A stretch of 17,460 nucleotides of DNA from an uncultured archaeon (GTDB lineage: Archaea; EX4484-52; JAADEF01): positions 1 to 17,460 of the forward strand of contig CAYOWP010000015.1 in assembly GCA_964407715.1 (NCBI GenBank), in the 5' to 3' direction. The notes under the pieces are model-generated. The model was not told where the DNA came from. It did no database searches and was given only the letters and a program-made list of their open reading frames with translations. The translations under genes were made by a program, and so were the position numbers. The first letter of the stretch is position 1. Each line of letters opens with the position of its first letter. Positions 1 to 8,837 of the stretch are shown here, piece after piece.

Positions 1-465
1 TGCTTCTAATGGTGCTTTAAATGTGTAGTTATAATTTCCTTGTGAATCTGTTGATAGGGATTGATTACCATCTGAAGATACTAAATTAGTGATTGGATTA
101 TAAAGAAGTTCTGTTCCATCTAAATAGATATGAATTGTATTATTCACAACAGGACTTCCATCTGGTTGTAATATAGCTTTACCTGATATGGTTATGTTCT
201 CTTCTGGGTTTACTGTGTATTTATCCAAATTAATGGAAATTGAGATGTTTTGTACATAGAATTGAGTTGTAGGTGCAGGTATTTCCTGAGTAATGGTTGA
301 TCCATTTGCTAGAGTGGAATTAGCATAGAATGTCACTGTGTATGTGCCTAATAAATTACCAAATTCTTCAGTTATATTTAGGATTGCATACCAATATCCT
401 GTTTCTGTTTTTAGAGTGAGATTTGTTAAATAATATGGTCCATGGGTTATGCCATTAGGATCAGT
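1..465 (-). CDS. Frameshifted continuation of the large surface protein (155 open codons, runs off the window edge)
   Basis: After ...VWINI, skipping one base gives TDPNGITHGPYYLTNLT...NISISINLDKYTVNPEENITISGKAILQPDG...STDSQGNYNYTFKAPLEA with no stop to position 1. It repeats segments of the 962-aa ORF and has no start of its own. Confidence 0.85.
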
Positions 466-3349
466 GAATATTAATCCATACACTATCTATAGGATTGTCT
501 ATGTTTTTGTAAACTTTGGCTGAGATATTTATGAGAGGATTAACTGGAAGATTATCTGCATCTATATATTCTGTTCCAGAATATTCAAATGTTGCTTTTT
601 GATTTCTTATTGCTATTCTCTGCTGGATGAATGTAGTTGAGTTCTCTCCATATATTCCGTTTGGATTGGTTAGATTGACTTTGATTGTATGAGTTCCTGC
701 TTCTAATGGTGCTTTAAATGTGTAGTTATAATTTCCTTGTGAATCTGTTGATGTTATTGGTTGCTCAGAGCCTATTATTGCTGTGGGTTCTGGATCTGCA
801 TATTTGCGAACAAATACATAGTCAATATATATTCTTCGAGGATAATCGCTATTTCCTCTTACACCAAAAATAATATTCATCTCTGAAGTTGGAATATAAG
901 AAGTAAAGATATCATTATATATAGTTGATCCCCATTTTTTGTATAAATTAACCTTAGTTACTTTCCATTTTATTATTGCTTTATGATTAGTTAAAACATT
1001 TTGTGGTGCAGTATTAACTCCTGTATTTATTTTCGTTGAAGAATCTCCATTGCCAACTCCTGGTGTTTCTTTCCAATCTGCGATTCCTTCTCCAAACCCT
1101 ACAAAAGGACCATTATCTCCACTTAGAGAATATGAGATAGTTCCACCTAAAGTATTTCCTTTAAATCCATCATACTTAGTTCCTGAACCTCCCCAATCAC
1201 CATAATAATCAATAGAATATTCAAGTATAACCTCTGGTTGAAAAGATTTAACACTTTTTATATATTTCCAAGTACCATCACCAGAATTAAAGGTTATCTT
1301 ACTATCAGAAATTGAATATCCTCCTGTGTTATCGTTCCATTTGTTCACATCTATTTCTTCATCTTCAAAATCATCAAAAAACTCAAAAACATTACTTCCA
1401 TTACTCTCACTCACAGCATTTTGATTTCCATAGTAAAGATAAACCTTTGCTGTTCCATTTGCAGGAATGAATGGAACTTTTATCCATACATATGCCCATG
1501 AAGAGTTTACTTTTTGTTCTATCCAATATGGAATCTTTATTTCTTTATTTGAAGTTTCATTATAATATGTGAATCTTACATCATCAAAATCTGGTTGCAT
1601 GTGAGGAGCATAGGTTATATTTATTGGAATCTGATAATCTGTTAAGTTATTTCCTGAGTTTTCTTGGATTGTTATTGGTTTACGGTAGGTCCATCCTTGA
1701 TTATGTAAATTCACACATTCTCCTTTACAATTCCATCCTTCAACTAAGTTTAACCACATCTTTCCATCCAGCCAAATCCCAATTGTATTATTCACAACAG
1801 AACTTCCATCGGGTTCTAGGATGGCTCTACCTGATATGGTTATATTCTCCTCTGGATTCACTGTATATTTATCTAGATTTATGGAGATTGAAATATTCCA
1901 AGGATATATTGTTCCTCTTTCTCCTCTTTCATATCCACTACCACCATCAACAGAAAAAACACCCGAAAAATTATTATTCACATAATAAATAGCTATCCTA
2001 CCTCCAGATCCTCCTCCACCTTCATTATAGCTACCTGAGCCTCTATCTCCTCCTTTAGCACTAATAGTTCCTTTACCAATGAAATTCTTAGTAATTATCC
2101 ATATTGAACCTCCTGATCCACCACCAGCTCCACCATAACCTCCACCTGGTGGAGTTTCTCCGTTTGCAATAATAGAACCATTAACTATTAAAGTATCGCT
2201 AATATTAATGAATATAGCACCTCCACCATACCCTCCTCTATTCTCAGAACTTCCACCTCCACCAGAACCAAAACTTGTTGGTTGAGTTAATGAACCATAA
2301 GGAGATCCTCCACACGAACATCCGTATGATCTTCCTCCATAACCACCATAACCACCACCACATCCATCACCTCCAGCGGAGCAATATCCTCCACCTCCTG
2401 GACCTTGGCCAGTAGAGTTAATATTACCTCCAGGATATCCCTTTCCTGTTGCATCTATCTTTGCTCCTTCTTCTATAGTTAGATTCTGAGCTGTGATGTT
2501 CACATTACCACTAATATTACCTCCATTATCAATTCTTACCCAACCACCTATATTTATTTCAAATCTATCTCCTGGAGCACTATTAAGAGATCCTCCATCT
2601 TTAATCCGCAAATTACCCGTTCCATTTATACTACCGCCATCAGGTATAGTTACAGAGGAGTTTATTACACAGGTAGTATTTAAATCTCCTTCATCGCACA
2701 CCAATCCTCCAGCCCCCCAAGTTGAGAATTTAGCAACCTTTAATATGATATGAGTTTTGTTTTGCCTTGAACCTAAAATTGAGTTAAATGGTATAGATTC
2801 CCACTTTTCACATCTTTTTTCTAAAAGAGAATAGTTTTTACAATAATATATCGCATTACATCTTACTTCTTTATTTTTAGGAAGAATAATCTCCACATAG
2901 TTATAGTCTATAACATTATTTAGACCCTCTACTGTTATTAGAGGTGTATAAAGTACAATTTTTTCATTGCTTTTTTCCTTAGGTTCTGAAATCATCATTT
3001 TGAATGAAAGATTTGAAGGAATATTTTTTGTAGAGTTAATACTGATGTCCTTAACAATTAATATAACTCCCTTATCTGATAAAATTATCATATCATAAGT
3101 TTTTTCTAATAAATCACCAATAGATATTTCTCTTACGAATTTATTTTTATCTTTATCAAAGAATTTAATTTCATATGGCTGGTTGTTAGATTCATCATAA
3201 ACTGAAATCTTAACTTTTTTGTGTTTTTGAAAGGATGATATAAAATCTATTTTATTTGTTTTATAAAGAAAAAGAGAAATGTCTACAAAAAATAGAAGAA
3301 TTACTATTATTACAAGGATAACATTTAATGGTGATGTTTTATCCTGCAT
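461..3349 (-). CDS. Large membrane-anchored cell-surface protein: N-terminal TM, Gly-rich GGGxGG region, Ig-like repeat, DUF2341-like and lectin/ConA-like domains; interrupted by a frameshift
   Basis: 962-aa ORF with an N-terminal hydrophobic helix, GGGSGGSIWI/GGGSGGRIAI Gly-rich motifs, a DUF2341-type segment (WTYRKPITI..DFDDVRF..IPYWIE..WIKVP..LYYGN..FFDDFE) and many NxS/T sequons. Confidence 0.8.
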   Translation of the reverse strand: MQDKTSPLNVILVIIVILLFFVDISLFLYKTNKIDFISSFQKHKKVKISVYDESNNQPYEIKFFDKDKNKFVREISIGDLLEKTYDMIILSDKGVILIVKDISINSTKNIPSNLSFKMMISEPKEKSNEKIVLYTPLITVEGLNNVIDYNYVEIILPKNKEVRCNAIYYCKNYSLLEKRCEKWESIPFNSILGSRQNKTHIILKVAKFSTWGAGGLVCDEGDLNTTCVINSSVTIPDGGSINGTGNLRIKDGGSLNSAPGDRFEINIGGWVRIDNGGNISGNVNITAQNLTIEEGAKIDATGKGYPGGNINSTGQGPGGGGYCSAGGDGCGGGYGGYGGRSYGCSCGGSPYGSLTQPTSFGSGGGGSSENRGGYGGGAIFINISDTLIVNGSIIANGETPPGGGYGGAGGGSGGSIWIITKNFIGKGTISAKGGDRGSGSYNEGGGGSGGRIAIYYVNNNFSGVFSVDGGSGYERGERGTIYPWNISISINLDKYTVNPEENITISGRAILEPDGSSVVNNTIGIWLDGKMWLNLVEGWNCKGECVNLHNQGWTYRKPITIQENSGNNLTDYQIPINITYAPHMQPDFDDVRFTYYNETSNKEIKIPYWIEQKVNSSWAYVWIKVPFIPANGTAKVYLYYGNQNAVSESNGSNVFEFFDDFEDEEIDVNKWNDNTGGYSISDSKITFNSGDGTWKYIKSVKSFQPEVILEYSIDYYGDWGGSGTKYDGFKGNTLGGTISYSLSGDNGPFVGFGEGIADWKETPGVGNGDSSTKINTGVNTAPQNVLTNHKAIIKWKVTKVNLYKKWGSTIYNDIFTSYIPTSEMNIIFGVRGNSDYPRRIYIDYVFVRKYADPEPTAIIGSEQPITSTDSQGNYNYTFKAPLEAGTHTIKVNLTNPNGIYGENSTTFIQQRIAIRNQKATFEYSGTEYIDADNLPVNPLINISAKVYKNIDNPIDSVWINIH
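698..752. repeat. 55-bp exact intragenic repeat of positions 1-55
   Basis: tgcttctaatggtgct...gaatctgttgat is identical at 1-55 and 698-752 and encodes TDSQGNYNYTFKAPLEA. Confidence 0.95.
1781..1897. repeat. Diverged intragenic repeat of ~133-249
   Basis: Both encode NISISINLDKYTVNPEENITISGxAILxPDGSxVVNNTI, with mostly synonymous differences. Confidence 0.9.
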
Positions 3350-3728
3350 TATTTGTCACCTTAAATGAGGCTGAGATAATCTCAGCATCTTTTGGAAGTT
3401 TAATATAAGCATACTGAGGGCTATCGGAGACATTAAAAAAGCTCATATTTACAGCTAATGTAGATTGATTATTTTCATCTAAAAAATTTTTCTGCTCTTT
3501 TTTTATTCTACCTTCAGAATACACAATTATCTTGCGAATGTCTATCTTAGAAAGTTCTTCCATCTTACAAACGATTTCCTCATTACCTATCTTTATTTTA
3601 TTTAAAGTTTTTTCGACAAGTGATTTAATTTCACTCCCATAAAAATTAAAAATGATCACTCCTATTCCAATTGCAAATAATAACAACATAATTTGTGCCA
3701 ATAAAGGAGATGCAGATTTTCTTTTCAT
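3339..3728 (-). CDS. Archaeal type IV pilin-like protein (class III signal peptide)
   Basis: MKRKS-ASPLLAQIMLLLFAIGIGVIIF: short basic leader, SPL motif and hydrophobic helix. Overlaps the start of the surface protein gene. Confidence 0.65.
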   Translation of the reverse strand: MKRKSASPLLAQIMLLLFAIGIGVIIFNFYGSEIKSLVEKTLNKIKIGNEEIVCKMEELSKIDIRKIIVYSEGRIKKEQKNFLDENNQSTLAVNMSFFNVSDSPQYAYIKLPKDAEIISASFKVTNNAG

Positions 3729-3804
3729 AAAATTTAGATAAGATATCTAAAAATATTTAAAATTAATGTGATTTAGAGATCCATCCTACACTATACCTCT
3801 TTGA

Positions 3805-4280
3805 AAGTTAGTTGCCATCAAAAAACCACTTTAGAAGATTAGCTTCTGTAGGATACTTTTTGAAATATTATGTTTCCCCTTAACAAAATAAAAAAATTTG
3901 ATAGAAATGGTTAACAGGGAGGAAATCTCTTTCATTGGAGGTCTCAGAGCAGCTAACCTTAATAGAGGTTAGCTGGTTCTAAACCGAGCAAAAGATTAGA
4001 TTTCCACTTAACCAAATTTTTATTTTGATAACATAGTTAATGCGAAGAAATCGCTTTTCTGAACCACATGATAGCATGTTAACCGGCTTAAAGGTTAGTT
4101 GCTTTCTAATCCCTTTATGAGGTTAGCTGCTCCAATACGCCGAATGAACAGGTTTTGTTCTCGTTAACCATTTTTCTGAAGTTTTTACAGCATGCTAACA
4201 TTTCTTTAGGTGAGCTGCTCTGATTGGGTTGCTTGATAGTGTGTATTCCCTTTAACCAATAATGAAATTCTATTGACATG
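3805..4280. repeat. Degenerate array of bipartite repeat modules related to the 250-bp element
   Basis: AGGTTAGCTGCT-like boxes followed by TTCCnnTTAAC at 3836-3884, 3966-4012, 4120-4168 and 4208-4256 (+) and at 3910-3959 and 4036-4085 (-). Perfect 10-bp hairpin at 3950-3975. Degenerate right terminus at ~4252-4280. Confidence 0.75.
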
Positions 4281-4295
4281 AGGAAATTGCTATTA

Positions 4296-4554
4296 GGCAT
4301 TGTCCAATACTTCCATATTAATAAAATTTTGTTAAGCGGAAAGATAACCTCTTAAAGAAGCGCATTAGAGCAGCAAACCTTATAGAGCTAATGCAATTGT
4401 AAGAACGAGTTTTCTCGTTAACAAATCCTCATTAAAAAATTATTGGACATTTTGTTAACAGGAAGCAGAGCTCTATTCAAGAGGTTAAACCGCTATAAGT
4501 GCTATTTGCGCGTTAAGTTTCCGCTTAACAAATAAAGAATTATTGGATAATGTC
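4296..4554. mobile_element. MITE-like foldback repeat, copy A (259 bp)
   Basis: Termini GGCATTGTCCAATA / TATTGGATAATGTC, flanked by TA on both sides; homologous to 14144-14392 and 14904-15152; no credible ORF inside. Confidence 0.8.
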
Positions 4555-4625
4555 TACTAAGATTTAAAAATTTTACTAAAATAGAATAATTAAATTTATC
4601 TTGGTAGAAAGGAGGGGTGAAGGGA

Positions 4626-5807
4626 ATGAGGATAATTCCATTTAGGAAGTATGGAGAAAATCCAAGAGAGATATATGAAAAAGTGAGATCATATTTTAAT
4701 GAGATTTTAGAGCAAGAAAGATATACTGGCATGATAAGTGAAATCGCATCAAATTTTGATGAAAAATATAGAAATCTTGATGAGGAAGAGAAGGGAATCA
4801 TAAAGTATATTCTCTCAGGAAAACGAGGAGGATATAAGGAAGGCAAAACAAGAGAATATGATAAATTCTATAAAATTATATTAGATAAGAAACTTCCTAA
4901 GGAGGAGATTTATGGAAGGGTTGTGTCATGGAATGCTAGATTAGAGGTCCTTGAAAGATATTTCGAAATAGTAGAGAAAGTAAATAAAAAATTGAAGGAA
5001 TCTTTGGTGGCATATTCACGTGATATTCTAAGATCATACTTAGAGCAAATGGGAAAGAGAATAAATGAGAATACTAAGAATGCAATAGAGAGTTTTGTTA
5101 ATAAATATGAGGAAAAAGCAGAAGGAAGCGAAAAGAGAAGCAAGATTGCAGCTATTTTGGCAGGAGTTTCACTTATGATTGGAGGAGTTTTAACACCAGT
5201 ATATAGTCTCAATAAAGCTGGATCTGAGTCAAAGATACATATTCACGAGAATAAAACACCAAAGGTAGAGAAGCAATACAACATTGCTACTCCACAAAAA
5301 ATTCTTGATGCATTGAAGGAATATGCAAACAAAAATGATGCAAAGATTTTTATTAGGAAAAATGAAAATAAGCCAGTATATTATATTACATGGATAGATA
5401 AAACACCAGAAAGGTTAGAGCTATATAATAAAAAAGATAAATGGTTCGTAGGAAAAAGATTGGCAAGTTTTGGTGAGAAATTACAAAAATATCTAAAGAA
5501 AACATTTCAGAATATATCCACAAAAGCAGGGATAAAATCAACAAGGAAATATGCAGGATATGGCGTGGAAGTATCTTCAGAGAAAGGAAAGAATCATTAT
5601 ATTATATGGTTGGCTAGTATCAAGAAAAAACCATTAAAGAAAAAAACAGAATTAAAAGAAAGAAGAGAAGTAAGTAAAAAGATAACACATGAAAAAGTCC
5701 AAGAACTACCCGAGAAGATCAAAAAAGAAGCAAAAAAAGAGGAACAGAAGGGATATAATATTAGGATATGGGGTAGACCACTTGGTAAGGACATAATAAA
5801 AAAATAA
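4626..5807 (+). CDS. Hypothetical Lys/Glu-rich protein with one central transmembrane helix
   Basis: Long ORF (396 aa from GTG 4617). GGAGGGGTGA RBS favours ATG 4626. TM segment IAAILAGVSLMIGGVLTPVY. Family not recognised. Confidence 0.75.
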   Translation: MRIIPFRKYGENPREIYEKVRSYFNEILEQERYTGMISEIASNFDEKYRNLDEEEKGIIKYILSGKRGGYKEGKTREYDKFYKIILDKKLPKEEIYGRVVSWNARLEVLERYFEIVEKVNKKLKESLVAYSRDILRSYLEQMGKRINENTKNAIESFVNKYEEKAEGSEKRSKIAAILAGVSLMIGGVLTPVYSLNKAGSESKIHIHENKTPKVEKQYNIATPQKILDALKEYANKNDAKIFIRKNENKPVYYITWIDKTPERLELYNKKDKWFVGKRLASFGEKLQKYLKKTFQNISTKAGIKSTRKYAGYGVEVSSEKGKNHYIIWLASIKKKPLKKKTELKERREVSKKITHEKVQELPEKIKKEAKKEEQKGYNIRIWGRPLGKDIIKK

Positions 5808-5808
5808 A

Positions 5809-6735
5809 TTATTTCCTTTTATAACTCCATAAAGTGAACCACTTTATTATGGGTTTTACATAATCCTCGTTTGTGTAAAATTTTATGAACCCCGCATTGC
5901 TTTCAATGAAAAGTTTTTCATATTTTTTTTCCTGTTGTTTTGCTAACTTTTCGTATTTTTCTTTTATTTTATCTATATTAACCTCTGTGATACTTCCATC
6001 TATGGGATTTTGCACTCGTAAATATCCGACATCTCTTGGCAAATATGTATCTCTCAAATCTCTTACCATAATACCTAAAAGACCATCAAATTTAAATGCC
6101 GCTGATTTAAGTGTATCATCCCAATCATCTCCAGCATATATAAAATCCGAGATGATAATAAGGATGCTCCTTTGATAAGATACCTTCATGATAAAGTTTA
6201 GCATTTTTTTAAAATTCTTGCTACCTTTCCAGTTTTCCTTTAGAAGCAATTCCGATAATATGCGCACAGTTTGAATTGAGCTATTTTCAGGTGGAATATA
6301 TTTTATATCATCATTGAACATAAGCAAACTAACTCTATACCCGCTCTCAAGTGCTGCAATAGCTATGCTTCCTGCCAATAATGTAGCATATTCTCTCTTT
6401 AATATCTCTTGTGTCCCAAAATCCATAGTTGCTGAGGAATCAACAGCAATAATCACCTCAAGATCCTGCTCTTCCTCAAATACCTTCACATAAAGTCTAT
6501 CCAATTTACCAGAAGTTGACATTCTTGCCGAGACCTTCCAGTCTATCAAAGATGCATCATCTGTTGGTAAATACTTTCTTATATCAGAGAATTCTATCCC
6601 TTTTCCCCTTAAAACGATTTTATATTTAAGGATTAACTTGAAGAGATCAACTAACCTCTTCACATCCCTATTAATCATTATTAGATATTCTTTAACCTCT
6701 TTTTTTATGCCCTTATGTAATTTATTTGCTTCCAT
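5809..6735 (-). CDS. DUF58-family protein (vWA-like, usually MoxR-associated)
   Basis: GKGIEFSDIRKYLPTDDASLIDWKVSAR, LYVKVFEEE, VDSSATMDFG and IISDF are DUF58 hallmarks. Start uncertain (6765/6735/6678). Confidence 0.9.
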   Translation of the reverse strand: MEANKLHKGIKKEVKEYLIMINRDVKRLVDLFKLILKYKIVLRGKGIEFSDIRKYLPTDDASLIDWKVSARMSTSGKLDRLYVKVFEEEQDLEVIIAVDSSATMDFGTQEILKREYATLLAGSIAIAALESGYRVSLLMFNDDIKYIPPENSSIQTVRILSELLLKENWKGSKNFKKMLNFIMKVSYQRSILIIISDFIYAGDDWDDTLKSAAFKFDGLLGIMVRDLRDTYLPRDVGYLRVQNPIDGSITEVNIDKIKEKYEKLAKQQEKKYEKLFIESNAGFIKFYTNEDYVKPIIKWFTLWSYKRK

Positions 6736-6801
6736 AAATAAAATATTTATATGAGAACGTATCAATATATTAATTTATATAAGCTTGAAAGGTGATAAAA
6801 T

Positions 6802-7575
6802 ATGACCAAGATAATTGCGATAGCATCAGGCAAGGGCGGTGTTGGAAAGACAACACTAACAACAAACTTAGCAGCTTCCTTAGCAAATAAAGGAAAAAAA
6901 GTGATTGTTGTAGATGCCAATTTATCAGCACCAAACTTAGCAATTCATTTAGGGATTCCTACAGCATCTTTAATTACATTAAATGATGTAATAAAACATA
7001 ATGTGTACATTACTCATGCTTTATATAAGCATTCATCTGGATTTTATGTAGTGCCTGCTGATTTAGATGAGATTGAGAGAAATTATGGCGGATTAAAGAA
7101 GGCATTAAAACAACTCTTAGGAAATGCAGATGTTGTTATATTAGATGCTGCTCCAGGGATTAATAAAGAAGTAGAAGCAGCAGTAAGGATAGCAGATGAG
7201 GTTCTTCTCATCACAACACCTGATGAGGCATCACTGAGGAATGTTATGCTCCTCAAAAGATATATTGATAATATAGGAAAAAAGATAGCGGGAGTGGTGG
7301 TGAATCAAGCAAGAAATGTACATTATGAGCTCTCGGATAGAGAGATAGAAGAGAGACTGGGCGTAAAGGTACTTGGAAGAGTGCGCTATCATAGAAAATT
7401 CAGAGAAAGCATAGCATTGGGTGTGCCATTCGTAGATATAGCAAAAGGAACAGAGCAGCAGATGGTGATAGATAAGATATCTCAAACCATACTTGATGGC
7501 CAGGAGAGGAATCTTTCTTTACTTGAGAAGGTAGTGGCTTTTCTAAATAGAGATATAGTTATATGGAGTGAATAA
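6802..7575 (+). CDS. minD: MinD/ParA-family ATPase (archaeal MinD-like)
   Basis: Deviant Walker A SGKGGVGKTT, VVDAN, ILDAAPG, ITTPD; GGTGA RBS. Confidence 0.88.
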   Translation: MTKIIAIASGKGGVGKTTLTTNLAASLANKGKKVIVVDANLSAPNLAIHLGIPTASLITLNDVIKHNVYITHALYKHSSGFYVVPADLDEIERNYGGLKKALKQLLGNADVVILDAAPGINKEVEAAVRIADEVLLITTPDEASLRNVMLLKRYIDNIGKKIAGVVVNQARNVHYELSDREIEERLGVKVLGRVRYHRKFRESIALGVPFVDIAKGTEQQMVIDKISQTILDGQERNLSLLEKVVAFLNRDIVIWSE

Positions 7576-8113
7576 GATGTGGGAGGTATTTTTCCTTTCA
7601 GGTATTGTTTTTTTACTTCTTGGAATTTTTGAATTTAAAAGATATAGAAAGGAAAAATTTAAGGAATATACAGATACAAGTAAAGCCATAAAATCTATTC
7701 TTCAGCAGAATGAGAAAAGTACATCACCTCAGCAAAATATCATAAAGAAAAAGGTTATTCCTTTGGACTTGCCCTTAGATACCATTAAATCAGAGCATCC
7801 TGAAAATAAAGAACTCGAGCAATTCTCGCAGGATAATCTTGCTACGATAACACAACCTTCTTATGACATAGAAGAAAAGAAAAGATTATGGGAAAATCAT
7901 TGGATTGTGAAGAAGGTAAAGGAGAGATTTGAAAAAAAGCAGGAGATAGAGGAACCACAAGAAAATTCTTTGCCTAATCTGTTACCTTCTCAGGAACATA
8001 GCAAAGCAGAGGAATCTATTAAGGAACAGGATGTAGAGAAAAAGCCTGAAGATGATGAGAAGAAAAAAGAGAAAGAGGAGAAGGAGTTCAATCCATTTGA
8101 TATATTTGGATAA
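7568..8113 (+). CDS. Hypothetical protein with N-terminal membrane anchor and charged low-complexity tail
   Basis: 181-aa ORF overlapping the minD stop; TM segment VFFLSGIVFLLLGIF. Confidence 0.7.
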   Translation: MNKMWEVFFLSGIVFLLLGIFEFKRYRKEKFKEYTDTSKAIKSILQQNEKSTSPQQNIIKKKVIPLDLPLDTIKSEHPENKELEQFSQDNLATITQPSYDIEEKKRLWENHWIVKKVKERFEKKQEIEEPQENSLPNLLPSQEHSKAEESIKEQDVEKKPEDDEKKKEKEEKEFNPFDIFG

Positions 8114-8118
8114 GAAAT

Positions 8119-8283
8119 CTAATACCTTTTATATGATGTAATAGAATGCTCTAAAGAAGCAGATTTTTTTCTTTCTAAATCTCTTACACGTAAAGCAATC
8201 ATTTTGTTTATCCTCTGCACCTCCTTCCAGTTTCCCAATATCAACATCTGCTTTTTCATTTCAATTAATGTCCTCAAATCCAT
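8119..8283 (-). CDS. Small basic hypothetical protein (54 aa), not in the ORF track
   Basis: MDLRTLIEMKKQMLILGNWKEVQRINKMIALRVRDLERKKSASLEHSITSYKRY*, preceded by a GGGAGGG RBS and an AT-rich TATA-like region (~8335-8350). Confidence 0.55.
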   Translation of the reverse strand: MDLRTLIEMKKQMLILGNWKEVQRINKMIALRVRDLERKKSASLEHSITSYKRY

Positions 8284-8392
8284 AGCCCAACCCTCCCATT
8301 TCTTTTATGAGTATTACAAAAAATTAAAGTATGTGATATATTTAAATATTTCTACACTTTAATATATATATTGAAGTGTATACATTCTAATA

Positions 8393-8779
8393 TCAAGTTG
8401 TGTTATAAAGCGGAATTACCTCAAATGTAAGGTGATTGAATTGATTAATATATGGTATAAATAAATATCTCCCGTCAATAGTTGTATAAACAAAATCCCA
8501 TGAGTTATTAAGAGAAACATTATATTTATACAACCCATTCACAATCGTTAGATATTCAACTGAAATAGAGTTATTTGTGGAATTAACTCTTTCGCGAATG
8601 TATTCCTCTATTTTAGGAGTTATGTTTTGTGCATTTTCAATGTTAAGAACATTGATAAACCTATTGTATCTTGATATAGTTTCAGAGCATTCTTTTTCTA
8701 ATTTTATATATGCGAAAAACACGCAAATTAAGAGGAGAAGCAAAATCACAATAGCTATTCTCTCATTTGTTATTCTCAT
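8393..8779 (-). CDS. Hypothetical membrane-anchored protein
   Basis: 128 aa with an N-terminal TM. C-terminal GLYKYNV..VYTTIDGRYLF resembles DsbC N-terminal-like domains; no CxxC. Confidence 0.7.
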   Translation of the reverse strand: MRITNERIAIVILLLLLICVFFAYIKLEKECSETISRYNRFINVLNIENAQNITPKIEEYIRERVNSTNNSISVEYLTIVNGLYKYNVSLNNSWDFVYTTIDGRYLFIPYINQFNHLTFEVIPLYNTT

Positions 8780-8837
8780 ATAGATAAAATATATTTTTCA
8801 TAATCTTTAAAAAGATTTCATTATTATTTTTAATCTT

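Noticed and set aside
461-463. TGA readthrough or alternative genetic code
   Set aside because: The continuation is in a different frame, and other genes (tpiA, relE, minD region) use standard stops.
3733-3751. XerA dif site
   Set aside because: The arms resemble dif ends, but the site is 19 bp rather than the 11-6-11 layout.
4115-4300. 61-aa ORF, and 4502-4846
   Set aside because: They lie in the repeat array or antisense to a real gene; no RBS or recognisable protein features.
3800-4554. CRISPR array or Cdc6/ORB replication origin
   Set aside because: Repeats are degenerate and in both orientations; no TTCCAGTGGAAA-type ORB with G-string, and no cdc6 nearby.
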